From Zancudomyces culisetae HAW-14-8 (Eukaryota > Fungi > Kickxellomycota), in contig JBNJNM010000006.1 of the NCBI GenBank assembly GCA_052426225.1, positions 310,001-374,000 of the forward strand: DNA of 64,000 nt, read 5' to 3'. A program made the position numbers and the translations under genes. This document shows positions 37,090 to 52,000 of this stretch, piece by piece. The notes under the pieces were generated by a model. That model did not search any database and was not told the origin of the DNA. It worked only from the letters and a program-made list of their open reading frames with translations. Position 1 is the first letter of the stretch, and every line of letters starts with the position of its first letter.

Positions 37090-38415
37090 CCTATCAAAGG
37101 CTTCATCGATCCTGGGCAGAGGGTATCTGTTTTTCATAGTCATATCGTTGAGCTTACGATAGTCTACACAGAGGCGGAGGTCACCAGATTTCTTCTTAAC
37201 GAACATTATTGGCGCTCCAGCGGAAGATTTGGACTTTCTGATGAATCCATTTGCTAGGTTTTCAGTAATGTAGTCACGAAGAGTCAGGAGTTCCCTTTCA
37301 GACAATGGGTAAATAGGGCCCCATGGTGGATTGGATCCTTTTTTGATGTCAATTTGGCAGTCATATGATCTGCGAGGAGGGAGTTTGGTGGCTAGGGATA
37401 GGTCAAATACCTTGGCTAGAGAAGCATGTTCAGGTGGAATTTCAGGAATGTGACTGGTATCTGCAGATTTTTGTTCAGGAATTGACTGTAACAGCGGAAT
37501 ATCGGAACTTGGTGTCAGACTAGTTTAGTAATTTTTTTCCATATAGTTTTTTTTTTACTGGTTTTTTTGTCGTCTTTTTTATATAATTATTTGGTTGAAT
37601 CGGTATAGTAAGAAGTGGCATTCCTATGTCAAATGCGGAAGATACGGGTTCAGGCGGTGGCAAATCTTGTTGGGGTAAAATATTGGAAGCTGGTGATCTT
37701 GAAATTTCAGGTTGGATAGGCAAGCTTTGAATACGAGTTACTGGAGGTGGTAAAGATACCATTGGTGTGGGTCGTCCCAGACGGGGTAAAAATGTCTCTT
37801 GAGGCTCATAATAGCTGATCTGAGGAGAGTTCACGGTGGAAGTCAATGAGCGTTCGGAATATGATGAGTCTGAATCTGAATGGTATGCGGATACATGGCT
37901 GCCATCTGGCTGGTAGGCCTCAAGGTCATGATTGGCCTCTAAAACTTGGACTTGTGGTGTCTGAACGTGAGATACGGGTACTTCAGTGTTGTGCTGTAAT
38001 ATATCACTTGGGTCCATATTTTGCCAATGTATTGCTTCTGGTTGGGTATCATAAAATCTTCCAAGGTCATCATTGGATTCGCTGTCAGAAGATGTATCAC
38101 TTTCTAAATAATCATCCGAATCATCTTGGCTTCTATCTTCTGAGTCCATACTGTAATCTGATTCGGATACGCTCATTCGGTCAACAATATTTTCTTCATC
38201 TAGTACTAATTTATCATCCATCAGCTGACTTAGTTTTTTGATATCATTTTTTGAAATTCTGCGGTTAGGATCAAGGTTCAGATTGTTAACGGCTACAGTC
38301 TTAGATGTGGAGGACCTGGTCTTCAGGGTGAGCTTTTTCCAATTGATATCGGGGTTATGTTTTTGTAACCATGGGAGACCTAATACAATTTCGGCATGAG
38401 TGGCGGGTATCACGT

Positions 38416-38536
38416 TGTCAGAATCGCATTATTTACCCATAAGTTTTAATATTTATTTTTAATCATATTTATTTACCTTTGAATCCTAACTTGGGAACAT
38501 TAAGTTTCCCAACTTAAATAAATTAGTTTCCAGACA
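38416..38536 (+). mobile_element. Solo LTR of the 20019 chromovirus, TSD CACGT, inserted in the protease region
   Basis: 121 bp, near-identical to 20019-20139, exact TSD. Confidence 0.95.
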
Positions 38537-41439
38537 CACGTATAGGTCCGAGGTAAAGTGGTATTTATCCTTGGTACTGAGCTTGATGTTGCGGGCTACT
38601 GATTTTATACCTGTATTTGTGAGCGGTTTTCCGTCAATAGTTTCAACAGATATCGGACTTGATAGATCTTCAGTGGGCAAGTCTAGTAGCTTTACAAGGT
38701 TTAAACTAATAAAATTTTCTGATGCACCGGAATCAATTAGTGCATTAACAACTATCGAATTATTAATTATTAACTTTATTAAAAATTTATTAGCTTGAAA
38801 TCCTTGTACGGTTAGCCCCAGTAATACCTTGCCAGTTATTCCTGGGGTTCGACTTTTAAATTAGGCTCTGTAGGTCTTGGGATACGTGACGGGCAATTTC
38901 TCAATATGTGGCCTAGTAGTCCACAGTAAATGCATAGACTGTTGAGGATCCGTCTCTGGCGTTCTTCAGTTGTCAACGGTCCTCTTGGCTTCGGGACTAC
39001 GGCATCAACGTCCATTGGCTCTGGCGTCTGAGGGCGGTACTGTCTTGGCTGGCGCTGGAAGTTCTGGTTTTGGTACTGGTGTTGCTGAAACTGATTTTGC
39101 TGGTAATTGTGGAACGGCTCGTTTATTGGCTGAAATGGTCTGGGCTGTCTTGGAAGCGGGTTTGCTGCTGGATATGGACTTCTGTACTCGGATTTGTTCA
39201 TATAGCTGAGGTTGGAATTAATTGTGTTTTCCAACTCAACTACTAGAGTTATTACTTCATCCAACTTGCTTGGAATCTTGGTAGCGATCAGGTGACGGGT
39301 AATTCTGGTACTGAGACCGCGCCTAAACATGTCGATATTGGCAGCCTCGCCAAAATCGCATATCCGAGCTAGGTTCCTGAAGTCCACTGCATAGGCCATA
39401 ACAGATTGGTTACCCTGTTTAAGTTCATGAAGCTGCTGGATGGCACGTGATTGGTGGACGGGGTCGGACAACCTAAGCTTAAAAATTTCCACAAACGCTT
39501 CATATGATACCAAGAGTTTGGGTTCAGTTGAAGTTACAGGGAGCTTGGCTTCGGATTCCAGAAAATCGTCAAACCACGTGGCGGCATGACCCGTGAAGTG
39601 GGCGCTGATAAAAGCAATCTTTTTTTTCTGTAGAAATAGCATCGGATTTTGCCCAAAACTGTATGCGGATCTAAGCCATGAATGGAACAAATTGTTCCGC
39701 GGCTCCGGAAAACTTCTCTATCTCGGGTGTCTTTGGCTCGGCTTCACTCATAATACTTATGATATCTTGATTAATATTTTCCAACAAAACTAGACTGATT
39801 AACTAGGAGTTGGAAGAATTACAAAATGTCACAGAACGAGATAGATTGAATATACAATTGTAATTCATAGAGAATTACAATGAAGCATAGCCGACATGAT
39901 TAAATATAAGTTAAAAAGTAAAGCTTAATTATGGGTAATAAGAAGTAATATTATTGGTTATAACAGATATACTAAATACTGTCTAATTAGTTTATATAAA
40001 TCATTATTTAGCAAAAAAATTGTTCAAATTAATATAATTACAAAAAGTTTAAATACTGTTGATATGCTGGTTCAAGTATTCTAAAAATTTGATAGGTAAT
40101 ACATGGTATATGGATGATAATATTTGTAATATTTATAGTGATACGATATAGTATTCGTGAGATATTCTAATTTTTTAATGAACATAAAAACATTCAAACA
40201 ATTTTTTGAGTCACTGGATTTGTTTACCTTCTACTGTCGTATAGTAAGATACAACGGAAGATTCTTTTTTATTTCTCATTTATATTTAATAAACGATTCA
40301 ATTAAAGATTTCTTAAATTATTGAATTTACTATAATATATACAATTAGATATTATAGATATATATTAATATATATATACAATTAAATAAAATAAAAAAAT
40401 TAATATATGCATAAATTATATAAATGACGTATACAACGTATCAAAAGAAAAGATGTGCTCAATTTAAATAAAATATTCTACAATATAAAATAGTTTGTGC
40501 CTTTTCATAATATTATTTTTGGAAGATGTTATAAAGTTATCTTTATAAATATAGTATAAGAGATATTAACTTAAATATTATATTAAACACTTTAGTAAAT
40601 AATATATTATATTAAATTAAATAAAGTTTTAATAAATATAAAATCTATAGTATCATAATGAAGATTGTGGACTATATATACTTTTCCTAGATAGTTAAAA
40701 TTAGATAATTTGAGTATTATACATGTGAGATAAATAAATGTCACATGTATTTTATATAAATATAATTAACATCATGGTAATAATATTATCATGTGTGAAT
40801 ATATATACATATTAAATTCTAAAAATTAAATCGAAGTGTCAATCCATTTTTTTATATTTATGAAGTAAATTAAAGATAAAATTTCAAATTAATTAAAATA
40901 ATTAAAATTAATATATCAAATATATAATAGATCTATATACTAATACAGAAAATATTAATAACAATAATTATCTTCTAAATGAACTTATAATGGCGAGATT
41001 GTAAATGTGGAACTAAATATTTTGTGTAGAATAAAAAGTATTAAAATATATAATCCGGATCTAAATGAATGTCATGACTCAGTTAATAAATTATAATTTT
41101 AACTATATTTAGTACTATAAACATATTGTTACATAATGTTTATACATTATGTAAAATCTAGTTAGTTAGTATTAGTTTTTAGTTTGTTGATTAGTAAGCT
41201 AAATTATATTAACTGCTTACTAATCCTACAATGCCTATAAACACTTGCGGATATGTGTTATTTATTAAATAGTGTTTTTATGAGCACAATCGATAGATAA
41301 TGATTATAATAGTCTTCTATTTTCTACATACTATATATCCTTATCAGCCAACAATTGTCGAAATAAATACAGAGGTAATTTGCTATACTATAATTTAAAA
41401 TAATATACCTATAAATAATTAAACCAACACAGCCCTGAC

Positions 41440-42180
41440 AGTGAACTTGCGTTAAAAATTTGATAATTTCGAAACGATCGAAAGAAGAAAATTATTGTCG
41501 CGATGTTCAAAATTTTTAATTTTGAATCGGCGTCGCTGTATTAAAACGAGTAGAAATGGATCGAACTAAATTCGAAAGATATTGGGAGGGTCCCTATACT
41601 ATTGAACGAGTACTTTCAAAAGGTGCCTATATAAATTACGATATTAAGGAAATTGAGATTTAGTTAATAGTGACATGTTAAAAATGTACCATATGAGAAA
41701 CAATATGATTCCAGATGTAACTACCACGCTCAAATCGAAATTAAAAGGGTTTAAATATTGCGAGCGGGATGAGGGCATCCACCTTAAGGGTGGAGGTTCA
41801 GTTATCTAGAGGCTAGTTCTACATCTAGAATTATATAATAAAATCTTACCTAAAATCATTTTATTTATATATATTTTAGGTTTATCAATTAATTTATATT
41901 TATAGTATTATAAGATATTTAGTATTTTATGTGTTGCCTAGCTTATTATATCCATCTGGATTATTTCTACAGCAACATTATGGTTATGAATTAATATTTA
42001 GTTTATGTTTTAAGTTTAAGTATATATTTAGTATTCAAGTATATAATCGTCAAATAAATAATTATAAATATGGACAACTTCTAGCAATTATAACGTTATC
42101 AAATTAAATTATTAAACAAGGTTTGGGCTATAATGATAGTTTATAACTTTAAGTTATAAAGTATAACAAACAGACATTTG
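41440..42180 (+). mobile_element. Gypsy integrase C-terminal remnant plus decayed 3' LTR
   Basis: KFERYWEGPYTIERVLSKGAY; following sequence resembles reverse complement of the 47178-47632 LTR. Confidence 0.65.
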
Positions 42181-42999
42181 ATAAATTGTTTTAATTAGAA
42201 TATATTTACGAAAGAAATACGAAAATAATGTACGTGTATTTTCGTTAACAAATATCGTGTAAATATTGTGATTTAATGAAATTAACTAAGTTTAATACCG
42301 TACGACGAATCAGTATAACTAATCGATAGTATTAAAACTATAAATTTAAGGTCCAGGACCTTACAAACATTAATTTAGGTATCTATAAACCTTAATTTAT
42401 ATATATCTATAAATAAATGATAGTTTAAAAAAGATTTGATTCCCGACGAATATTCCACTAATTGCTTGTTGTCGTATTTATAATGGGTATGAATATACAA
42501 TTTAAATATATAATATAATCAAAACGTTGATTAATTGACAATTCTGTCTGCATTTGTCCAATTTTTCTCAGGAATAATTACCAAATCGTATTCTAATTAA
42601 TGCATATAATACAATCAGTAATTTATAAAGTAATTGTCATATTGTTATTGTTAGATACTAATTTTATAACATTATTATAGATTTACTAATTAAAACACAT
42701 GTTAATAATAAAAGTTATTAATGAAACGAATTTAAACACACAGTACAAATTTAAATAGGTTATAATATCTATATTAATGTTATACGAGAATGACAAATTT
42801 GATTGTTTAAAAAAATATTTGTTTCACCTTTTATAAAATTATGTTTGTTAAATATTAAATATTAAACTGAACTTATATGTCCCATAACCCAATATTATAG
42901 ATATCACTAGAATCCTATATGTAACCAATAGAATTATATTATTTGATACATTAAGTTTTCCCATCTTGTTATATAACCTCAGTATCATCCAGCCCGTAA

Positions 43000-43563
43000 T
43001 GTTAGGAAATGTTTTAAAATAAATTAAATAAATTCATGTTTATTATAATACTCCATGACCAAATCAAGAAGGTTACAAAATGTAATTGTAACCATATACA
43101 AATTACTATAATGTAACTAAGTACAAATTAATTAAATGTAACTAAGTACAAATTATTAAATTAATCTATCCAAGTCAAGTAAATTTATATTTCGCGATGA
43201 AATTCCGTTATAAATATATTCACAGACCATTTTAAGAAATCTGAAACCTAAAAAGAATTCCGAAACTAATAATTCAAAGAATCGTCAGAATAACATGAAT
43301 GAAGCAATCATTGACACACTAAACTCACGGTAATTAATCACATCAGTTACTCATAAGTTTAATAGTCAAATTTATAGTTTGATAGAAACTTTACTTAAGA
43401 AAATTTTATATGAAAAAATCTCTGGAGTTAAAGTATAAAAACCCTTTCGAAATCCATCGAAAGAAAACTTCAGAGAAAAATATCTTATTCACTATTGAAT
43501 ACCATATTTTTCTAAAAAATTAATAGTATTAAAAAAATAATCTTAAAATATGTAATCTTAACA
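43000..43563. mobile_element. Solo LTR inserted in the end of the short LTR 42878-42999
   Basis: TGTTAGGA...TCTTAACA termini, flanks CGTAA/CGTA; same family as 3367-3928. Confidence 0.88.
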
Positions 43564-43567
43564 CGTA

Positions 43568-45909
43568 CAGTGAGTTTAAAAAATGTCTCAAAATAATGAT
43601 AATAATTTTCAAAGTGTAATATCTCGCTCAATAAAATCCAGAAATTAGATAATTTTATAAAATATAATGCACAATTTGTATAATTTAATTTTATACAATT
43701 AGTATTATGATTGGTTAAAAATTCATTATATAATTATAAACTGAAAAAATTTTAAAAATGAGACAATTTTGGATATTTTTCAAAAAAAAACTTTAAAATT
43801 CTGTCCACCTTCCTTTAGACTTGATAACTGCCTCAACTCTTTTGGGCATACTATCTATAAGACCAAGTATTGTTTCCACTGAAATTAAATTCCATTCCGT
43901 TTCTATTCGCTCCCATAATTCGATCATCCCTGACTGTTAGGAATGGCAATATATTCCAAAAAATGGATCTTTGTTGGAATCGATCCTAAAATGTTAGGAA
44001 TGGCAAATTCCCGGAACATAAATTTTAGTTTACATTTTTGTTCTATAAAAAATTAAACTATTTTATTATTTCACTTACGACATTCAAATAAGCCATTCCG
44101 ACATTGGAATATGTATGCAAAATTCACCATGAAATCACAGTATTTATTATTGGGAAAATTGACAAAGAAAATTAAAGAAAATTTTCAATAATTAAATTTA
44201 TAAAATTCATGTTAAAAGCGATATACAATATCGTAGGCAAAATCGATATACAAAATCATAGGCAAAATCGTATACAATATCGTAGGCAAAATAGATAACC
44301 AAAAACCATGATAAAATTGGATAACCAAAAACCATGATAAAATTCGATAAACAAAATACATGTTAAAATCGATAAACAAAATACATGTTAAAATCGATAA
44401 AGTAATCTCATGAATAAATCAAACAAGAAGTTTGATAAACTCAATTTTGATAGTTACTTTAAATTAGTTCATTTTTACATAGTAAAATTTTAAAACTAAA
44501 AAATTATTATCACTAAGTTTTTTCATAGCAAATTTCTCTGATGAAAAAATATATAAACCCTTCGAAATTCCGTTGGGATACATCAGAGAAAAAGATATCA
44601 TTAACTCATCTAATAATATATTTTTCTAAATAACTACTTCTTCCTAATAAATAATAATACTGAATATTAATCACAGCATAGTTATAAGCAGCTCATTGAT
44701 TATAACACTGACGGAGGTTTACTGTATCTATTTAGGCGTCTTTTGATGATTGCCCATATAGTTTCGATTGGGTTTAATTCTGGAGATTGTGGCGGCCAGT
44801 CCAATGTATTATATTCCTGGTTTTCAAGCCAGCTGGTAACTAACTTCGCGGAATGTTTAGGATCATTGTCATGTTGAAATATTATTGACTTGGGATCCAA
44901 CTTGTAGTACTTTATTGTATTGCTAAGCTCGTCTTTTAAAATGTTTAAATAACCTTCCTTGTTTAACATTCCTTCTAATCGGCACATGTAGCCAGTTCCA
45001 AATGCTGTGATGCATCCCCAAATCATTAATGATCCTCCACCGTGTTTTACGGTCTGGTTAATATTGTGCGGCTGTAGACTCACACCATCACGAACCCAAT
45101 TCCATTCATTTCCATCAGATCCAAATCGGTTGATTTTAGTTTTGTCGGACCAAATTACTCGTCTCCAATCATCAGTAGTCCAGTGGCGCTGAGATTTTGC
45201 GAATCTCAACCTTTTTGCAATATTTTTAAGGCTCAGTTTCGGTTTGGATGCCTTCTTTTTTGCAACGGCTTTTAGTTCATTAAAAGCCCATATATTGTAG
45301 ACTTACTAGCACTAACGATATTATCCATTTCTAACTTCTTTTGATCGAAGTAGCAGATCGATACTCTCCAGATAATATCATCCTAGTACATATTCGCTTG
45401 GTTTGGGTGAAAGCTTCGCTGGACGACCGCGTTTATTAGCCGGTAAATTGATATTCATTGCTGCTTTTATTCTGTATATTGTTGCTTTACTAACTCCATT
45501 TTATATAATGATTTGGTCAATGCTTCTGTTTTCAAGTATCGCGTTTTTTATATCCAGTTTACGTTGTTCAGATATCATTTTTTAAAAAATTATTATTTTG
45601 ATTAGTATGACAATTATATATATTATTTTATGTAAAAGTTTAAAATTTTATAAGTTTGAATTCATAAAGTTATGATAGTTTAAACTTTTTTTTTATAAAA
45701 TTCCCAATATTGTCTCATTTTTAAAATTTTTTCAATTTATAATTTCATAATGAATTTTTAACCAATTAATTTACAGTTTATATAAAATTAACATATAACA
45801 TTTGTGTATTTAAAAATAAAAAAAACATATAATTTCTGGATATTATTGAGCGAGATATTACACTTTATAAATTATTTTCAATATTTTGAGACATTTTTGT
45901 AACTCACTG
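43568..45909 (-). mobile_element. Tc1/mariner (DD34E) transposon with ~220-bp TIRs, interrupted
   Basis: TA-CAGTGAGTT...AACTCACTG-TA; WSD, FQHDNDPKH, SPELNPIE. Confidence 0.93.
43935..44707. mobile_element. Solo LTR in Tc1 transposase, TSD CTGAC
   Basis: Exact 5-bp TSD; inverted relative of 36311-37089; terminus duplicated at 43992. Confidence 0.9.
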
Positions 45910-45911
45910 TA

Positions 45912-48900
45912 CTTTTAAAGATTGTTTTATTGAGTTTATTAACTATACTATTTAATCCGTAAAGTAGGACATGAATAAAGTTACCTTTTAGACTACTCTA
46001 TCAATTATATATATGATTAAAAACTTAAATGCTAACCTAGTTTTTCAATATAATAAATTAACCATACACTATTATTATGCTGTTAAGTATACTAATAGTT
46101 TTGTTTCATAATTGCAGCATACGTGCAATTAAGATTATGTGTGGGAACACATAATCATTAAAATTATTTGATGTTCAGTATGAAAACATATTTCGTACTA
46201 GAATCATCATTATTGAATGGACTCAGCATGTAGAATTTATTTCATGCTGAGTCGAAATTAATTTGAACAAAAATTTAAACGACAATAAAAATTATAAAAA
46301 TTGGCATTCCGCAATGAGTATACAACAAAATTTCTTGTACACTATTCGAATTTGCATTACAATTCGGCTTATTGCGACTGTCGTATTAGTTTTTATGGTA
46401 TATGTATGGGCACTTTTTCCCACTGGGTTTTTCCATATACATTTGTTTAATTCTTAGTATTAATATCATTTAATTTTATTAACCTATTTATATGTTTCAA
46501 AATAAATCAGTGTAATTTATCATGCGGTAAAATTACACCAACCACGTGTGTTAACACGGGGTAACGATGCTGTTTTGAGTGAACTGTTAACAGATAAGAA
46601 ATGTAGGGGTAAAAAAGATAAACAACGCATCAATTAATAAAACATGTTTGAACAACAGAAGAACATGTTAGTGATTTCATTAACAATGTTGACATACAGA
46701 AAAACTATATAAACCCCAACTTTTCTTCACTTATTGAAAGGAGCATCGAACTATTATTAAAAATTCTTATTACTTTATATATATAATAAATCTTAATATA
46801 TAAATATTCACTAGTATACAAATAATATAAATACAACAGTATGATATAGAATTTCACAATTCTATGATTATTTAATATTCTTATTGTAATATATGTTTAT
46901 TACTAAGTATATTATTTTAGTATTATTGTTGTTTTTAATACTATATATGTTTAACTTAATATTTTGTTAAGATGTGTTTTTATTTAATTCAAAGTGGGCG
47001 GTTGCTTTAACCCCCAGATAATAATATAATTAATGAGGAAATATAATGTAATTAACTAACTAAACTATTGGACAAAAACCACAGGGGGAAAAAAGGTCCA
47101 ATCTCAAAACTATTAACTAAAAACCTAATGAATAAATAAAGCTAATTATATAAAATCGTATCTATATACGACAGTCGTGTTAGCGAATTCCAGGTTCCAG
47201 TTCGCTATTGTGTAAAAAATATATTTATTTGATAGAAAAACTATACTATGTACTAATGTTGTTAAGTTTTCATTATAGTAACTATAACTTTAATAAATAG
47301 ACCAAACTTGTATTTTACGTGTTTATTTGATGATGTTTAAACTATCTGAATAACTATCATATTTATAATTTTTTAAAACAACTATTAAACTTAAATCCTA
47401 AATATATTTTAAACTTAAAACTATACTAATTAAAATAATAATCTAGAATGTTGCTGTAGAAAAATTCCAGAAGGATAAAATAAACAGGCAACACATAATA
47501 AACTAAATAACATATAATAAATATTATCTTATATTAAGAGATAAACCTAAATATTAATAAATAGAAATAAATATGTAATTGGTAAGTTATTATTATATAC
47601 TGTCTAGAGGTAGCTCTAGCCACTATATTACAGTCGAATGTGTCGTAATAATCATAATTCGGGAGATCATGATTATATGTTCATCACGTGTCATACCAGT
47701 TCGGGTATGACCACTTGATGAAGATGCACAACTACCCCGTAGTGTGATGTGCATATAGGGGTGCTCGGGTGAGCTATTTCCCCTGTACAATGTCGGTGAG
47801 ATGCTGCTCACGGACATTGGTTCTGGGCTCCTACGGATTTGGAGTTGACGGACACTTTCTGTCAACTCCCCAAGAGTCCGAGAACTTAGAACCCCGGTCT
47901 CTTGGTCCATGCTACTAGCCGTACTCAGACTGGAGCTAGTTTCAGAATCCCTCTTAGATTCGCTTTTACTATAAAAGAAATAGTTCATTTTTGGTTATTG
48001 GTTATTATAAATAATATTCTGAAGTTTGTTTTATTGTGTTTAAATAAATATACTATTTAATCCGTAGAGTAGAACATGGATGAAGTTTTTCCATTTACCT
48101 CTTCTTGCTCCTTAAATATAAATTTCTATTAAACTGCTACTATCTTCAAAACGTTTAAATTACTATTACTTATGTACTATAAGAACTATTATGACTTGAT
48201 ACTGACTTCCTCTACATATTTTTAATTATGTAGTGAAAGTTGAATTAGGTGTTGGGAACACCTAATAATTATTATTTAATTTAGGATTTAGTATGAAGAC
48301 ATTTTTCATACTAAATTATATCATTATTGAGTCGACTCAGCATGTAGAATTAATTTCATACTGTGTCGCTCATTATCCAAATTGAATTTCATGCAGATAC
48401 AAATATTTAATTTTCATTCTGCGATGAGTGTACTTCAATTTGTACTACAATTGTACTTAAGTGTACAATTGCTCACTCATGCTACAACACATGTTATATA
48501 ATGAGTAAACATACCTTTATGTTTATCATTTATATAAATATTTATATGATTTTATGATATTTTCTTGTAAATATTTATTATTTATAGTATTATACTTAAT
48601 TGTTTGACTTACTTGTTTAATATTTGTTTGTAGTTTACACATATTTATTTATTATTAGTAAACACAGAAGTAGTCTGTGCATATTTTATTAGTATATTTT
48701 AAGTAGTATTTGTTTATGCAAATCATGAATGTTTGCATATGTTTATTTATTTGTAGGAATCATGTATAGTTTTTTTATCTTTATGGTTTTTCTATGACAT
48801 GATAAGAAAGAATAAAAAGTAGTTTATTAGTATAAATTAATTTCTATTAGTATTTGAATTTTGTATAAATAGGTTGTTTAAAAGACCTAGAAAGAAAAAA

Positions 48901-49043
48901 TATCAATGTAATAAAGTTGGTTCTACACAGGAACTTATAGTATTATAGTGAAAACTTATAATAATATAGTACATAGTATAATTACTATAATAGTTTCCAA
49001 CTAATTGAAAAAACAAAAGCTGTCAATCTGAGCTTTTGATAAC
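45912..49043. mobile_element. Stack of six solo or partial LTRs: 45912-46378, 46379-46838, 46842-47173, 47178-47632, 47641-48489, 48492-49043
   Basis: Complete units have TG..CA-type termini and are separated by 0-8 nt; TSDs GTCG and CACA resolved; five have homologs elsewhere in window. Confidence 0.9.
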
Positions 49044-52000
49044 TGTCGTAATAATCATAGTTCGTGTAACCATGATCATTAAGTTCATCATGTGTCATAC
49101 CAGTTCGGGTATGACCACTTGATGAAGATGCACCACTACCCCGTAGTGTGATGTGCATAATAGGGTGCTCGGGTGAGCTGTTTCCCCTATACAATGTCGG
49201 TGAGATACTGCTCACGGACATTGGTTCTGGGCTCCTACGGATTTGGAGTTGACGGACACTTTCTGTCAACTCCCCAAGAGTCCGAGGACTTAAAACCCCA
49301 GTCTCTTGGTCCATGCTACTAGCCGTGCTCAGGCTGGAGCTAGTTTCTGAATCCCTCTTGGATTTACTCTTGGTATAAAAGAAATAGTTCATGATGTTTG
49401 GTTATTTATTATATGTATATACTTTTAAAGTTTGTTTTATTGAGTTTATTAACTATACTATTTAATCCGTAAAGTAGGACATGGATAAAGTTACCTTTTA
49501 GACTACTCTATCAATTATATATATGATTAAAAACTTAAATGCTAACCTAGTTTTTCAATATAATAAATTAACCATACACTATTATTATGCTGTTAAGTAT
49601 ACTAATAGTTTTGTTTCATAATTGCAGCATACGTGCAATTAAGATTATGTGTGGGAACACATAATCATTAAAATTATTTGATGTTCAGTATGAAAACATA
49701 TTTCGTACTAGAATCATCATTATTGAATGGACTCAGCATGTAGAATTTATTTCATGCTGAGTCGAAATTAATTTGAACAAAAATTTAAACGACAATAAAA
49801 ATTATAAAAATTGGCATTCCGCAATGAGTGTACAACAAAATTTCTTGTACACTATTCGGATTTGCATTACAATTCGGCTTATTGCGACATTCCCCCCCTT
49901 GAATCTTGATCGTCCTCGATCGATTCTGTGTTACGTGGTTGTTTGTCGGCTTGTGCTCCAGTTGTTCTAGCACTACCTGTATATAAATCCGGTATTATTG
50001 AATACTCGGGATAGTATTTTCTTAACCTATCCACGTGAACTTTATCGACGTGTCCTTGTCTGTCCTTTATCTCATAAACTCCGTTTTCCAGTATTGCTGT
50101 TATTTCAAAAGGCCCCACGTTTCTATGCATTGTAAATGGGTTTTGTGTGGTGGTTGCTTTTAGAACCTTTTCACCAACTTGTAATTTTCTGGGTCTAACT
50201 CCTTTGTTATACCTGTCCTCATCGTAAATTTTTTGCTTTTTCGCCAACTCAATTACCAATCTGCGATATGTAGGCATTTTATTTTCCAAATATTCTAAAC
50301 GATTTCGCATTGCCATTTCTTTTTCAATATCTTGTGGTAAGTAACTGTTCCATACCTCCGGTGTAAGTAATTTTAGTCCGTAAACTATTTCTGCAGGGGA
50401 TCGTCCCAAGGTACGGTGTGGTGTGGTTCTCATAGTTAGCAATACTCTCCATATATATGCATCCCACGATTTGGGTCTACTTATGGTCTGTTTTATTAGC
50501 AATTGTTTTAGTGTCTGTATTGATCTCTCAATTTGACCGTTTGCCGACGGTCTGTATGCAGTAACCTGTTTTTGCTCGATTCCTAAATATTCGTTGAACC
50601 TTGCGCATGCCTCGTTACTTAGATGAGACCCACGATCGGTTATTAATATTTGTGGGACTCCAAAGTTTGCTATTATCATTTCTGTAATAAAATTGCAAAT
50701 CACTTCTGCGTTGATTGATTTTACTGCTAGGGCCACTGGCCACTTTGTGAAATAGTCAATTGCCATAACTATATACTTATTTCCTTCTGGTTCACTTATA
50801 GGTGCAATTGGTCCAGCTACGTCTAACCCCCATACTCTAAACGGTTCACTTGGTATGATTGGGTGTAGATTCTCAGATTTTCTTTGTATGTAGTTTGTTC
50901 TTTGGCAGACTTCACACCTTTCAACTATTAGTTTTACCACATTGAAACTCCCTGGTGCATAATAATGCTCTGTTAAGTATTTGTTTGTGGCACTTATACT
51001 TCTATGTTGTTCATAGTGGATCCGGTAAATAGTTTCATACAATTCATTTGGATGTAGGTATTTCCTTTTGGTACGATCGGTGTGTATGATGTCATTTTCT
51101 ATCACTGATAGTTTTGCTAGTAAGTTATCATTGTTCGCCGCAGTATCTTTATTTCTTACTCTTTCTTTTAGCTCTTCGTATCCCTTTAACGAAATGTATA
51201 ACACTTCTTCCACTTGCTCTGGGATGTCTTCCCACGGAAACCTGCTCAAGTAGTCTGCAGGGTTACTTTTTCCCTCTCTGTGTATTACCTTAAAGTTATA
51301 ATGTCTTAACTTTAATATCCATCTCCCGATTCTTCCTTTCGCTGGTTCTTTTTTAAATAGTTCTACTAAAGCACTATGATCCGTAATAACTGTAAATGTT
51401 CGTCCATAAAGATAGTAGTGAAAGTGGGTTAATCCCCAAACCACCGCTAGGCCCTCCAGATGCGTAATACTATAGTTGCTTTCGGCAGGTGTTAGTGTCC
51501 TGCTCGCATAACATACAATTCGTTCTCTACCTTCTTTTCCTTGCGCTAGTATGGCACCCACTCCCGATTTAGAGGCATCCGTAATCACTGTGAAATCCCA
51601 ATCCCAGTTTGGGTGGTTTAATATTGGTTGACTTGTTAGTTGTTTTTGAAGAAAATCATATGCCTTTTGTTGGTCCACACCCCATTCATATGGTACATCT
51701 TTCTTTGTCAACGTAGTCAATGGTTTAGCAATGGTAGAGAAGTTTTTTATAAATTTGCGGTAGTATCCTACCAGCCCTAGATAACTTCTAATACTATCTA
51801 CATCTTTCGGCGGAGTCATATTTTTGATCTTTTCTACGTTTTCTGTGTCTGGTTTTATCCCAGTCGCAGATATGATATGACCCAGATATTTTACCTCTGT
51901 ATAAGCTAGTCTACACTTGTCTGCGTGTAACTTAATGTTTTTGGTTCTTAGCAGTTCAATTATCCTACGTACGTCTTGTATATGATCCTCAAATGTTTTT

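Larger units (their letters stand above)
32841..39965 (-). mobile_element. Decayed chromovirus-like Gypsy (LTRs 39827-39965 and 32841-32979) with nested insertions; integrase core missing
   Basis: gag 38836-39690 (PMDVD, CIYCG..H..C), LIDSGA protease, RT and RH fragments closely related to the 20019 element; PPT GGGAGAGGGATAA. Confidence 0.9.
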
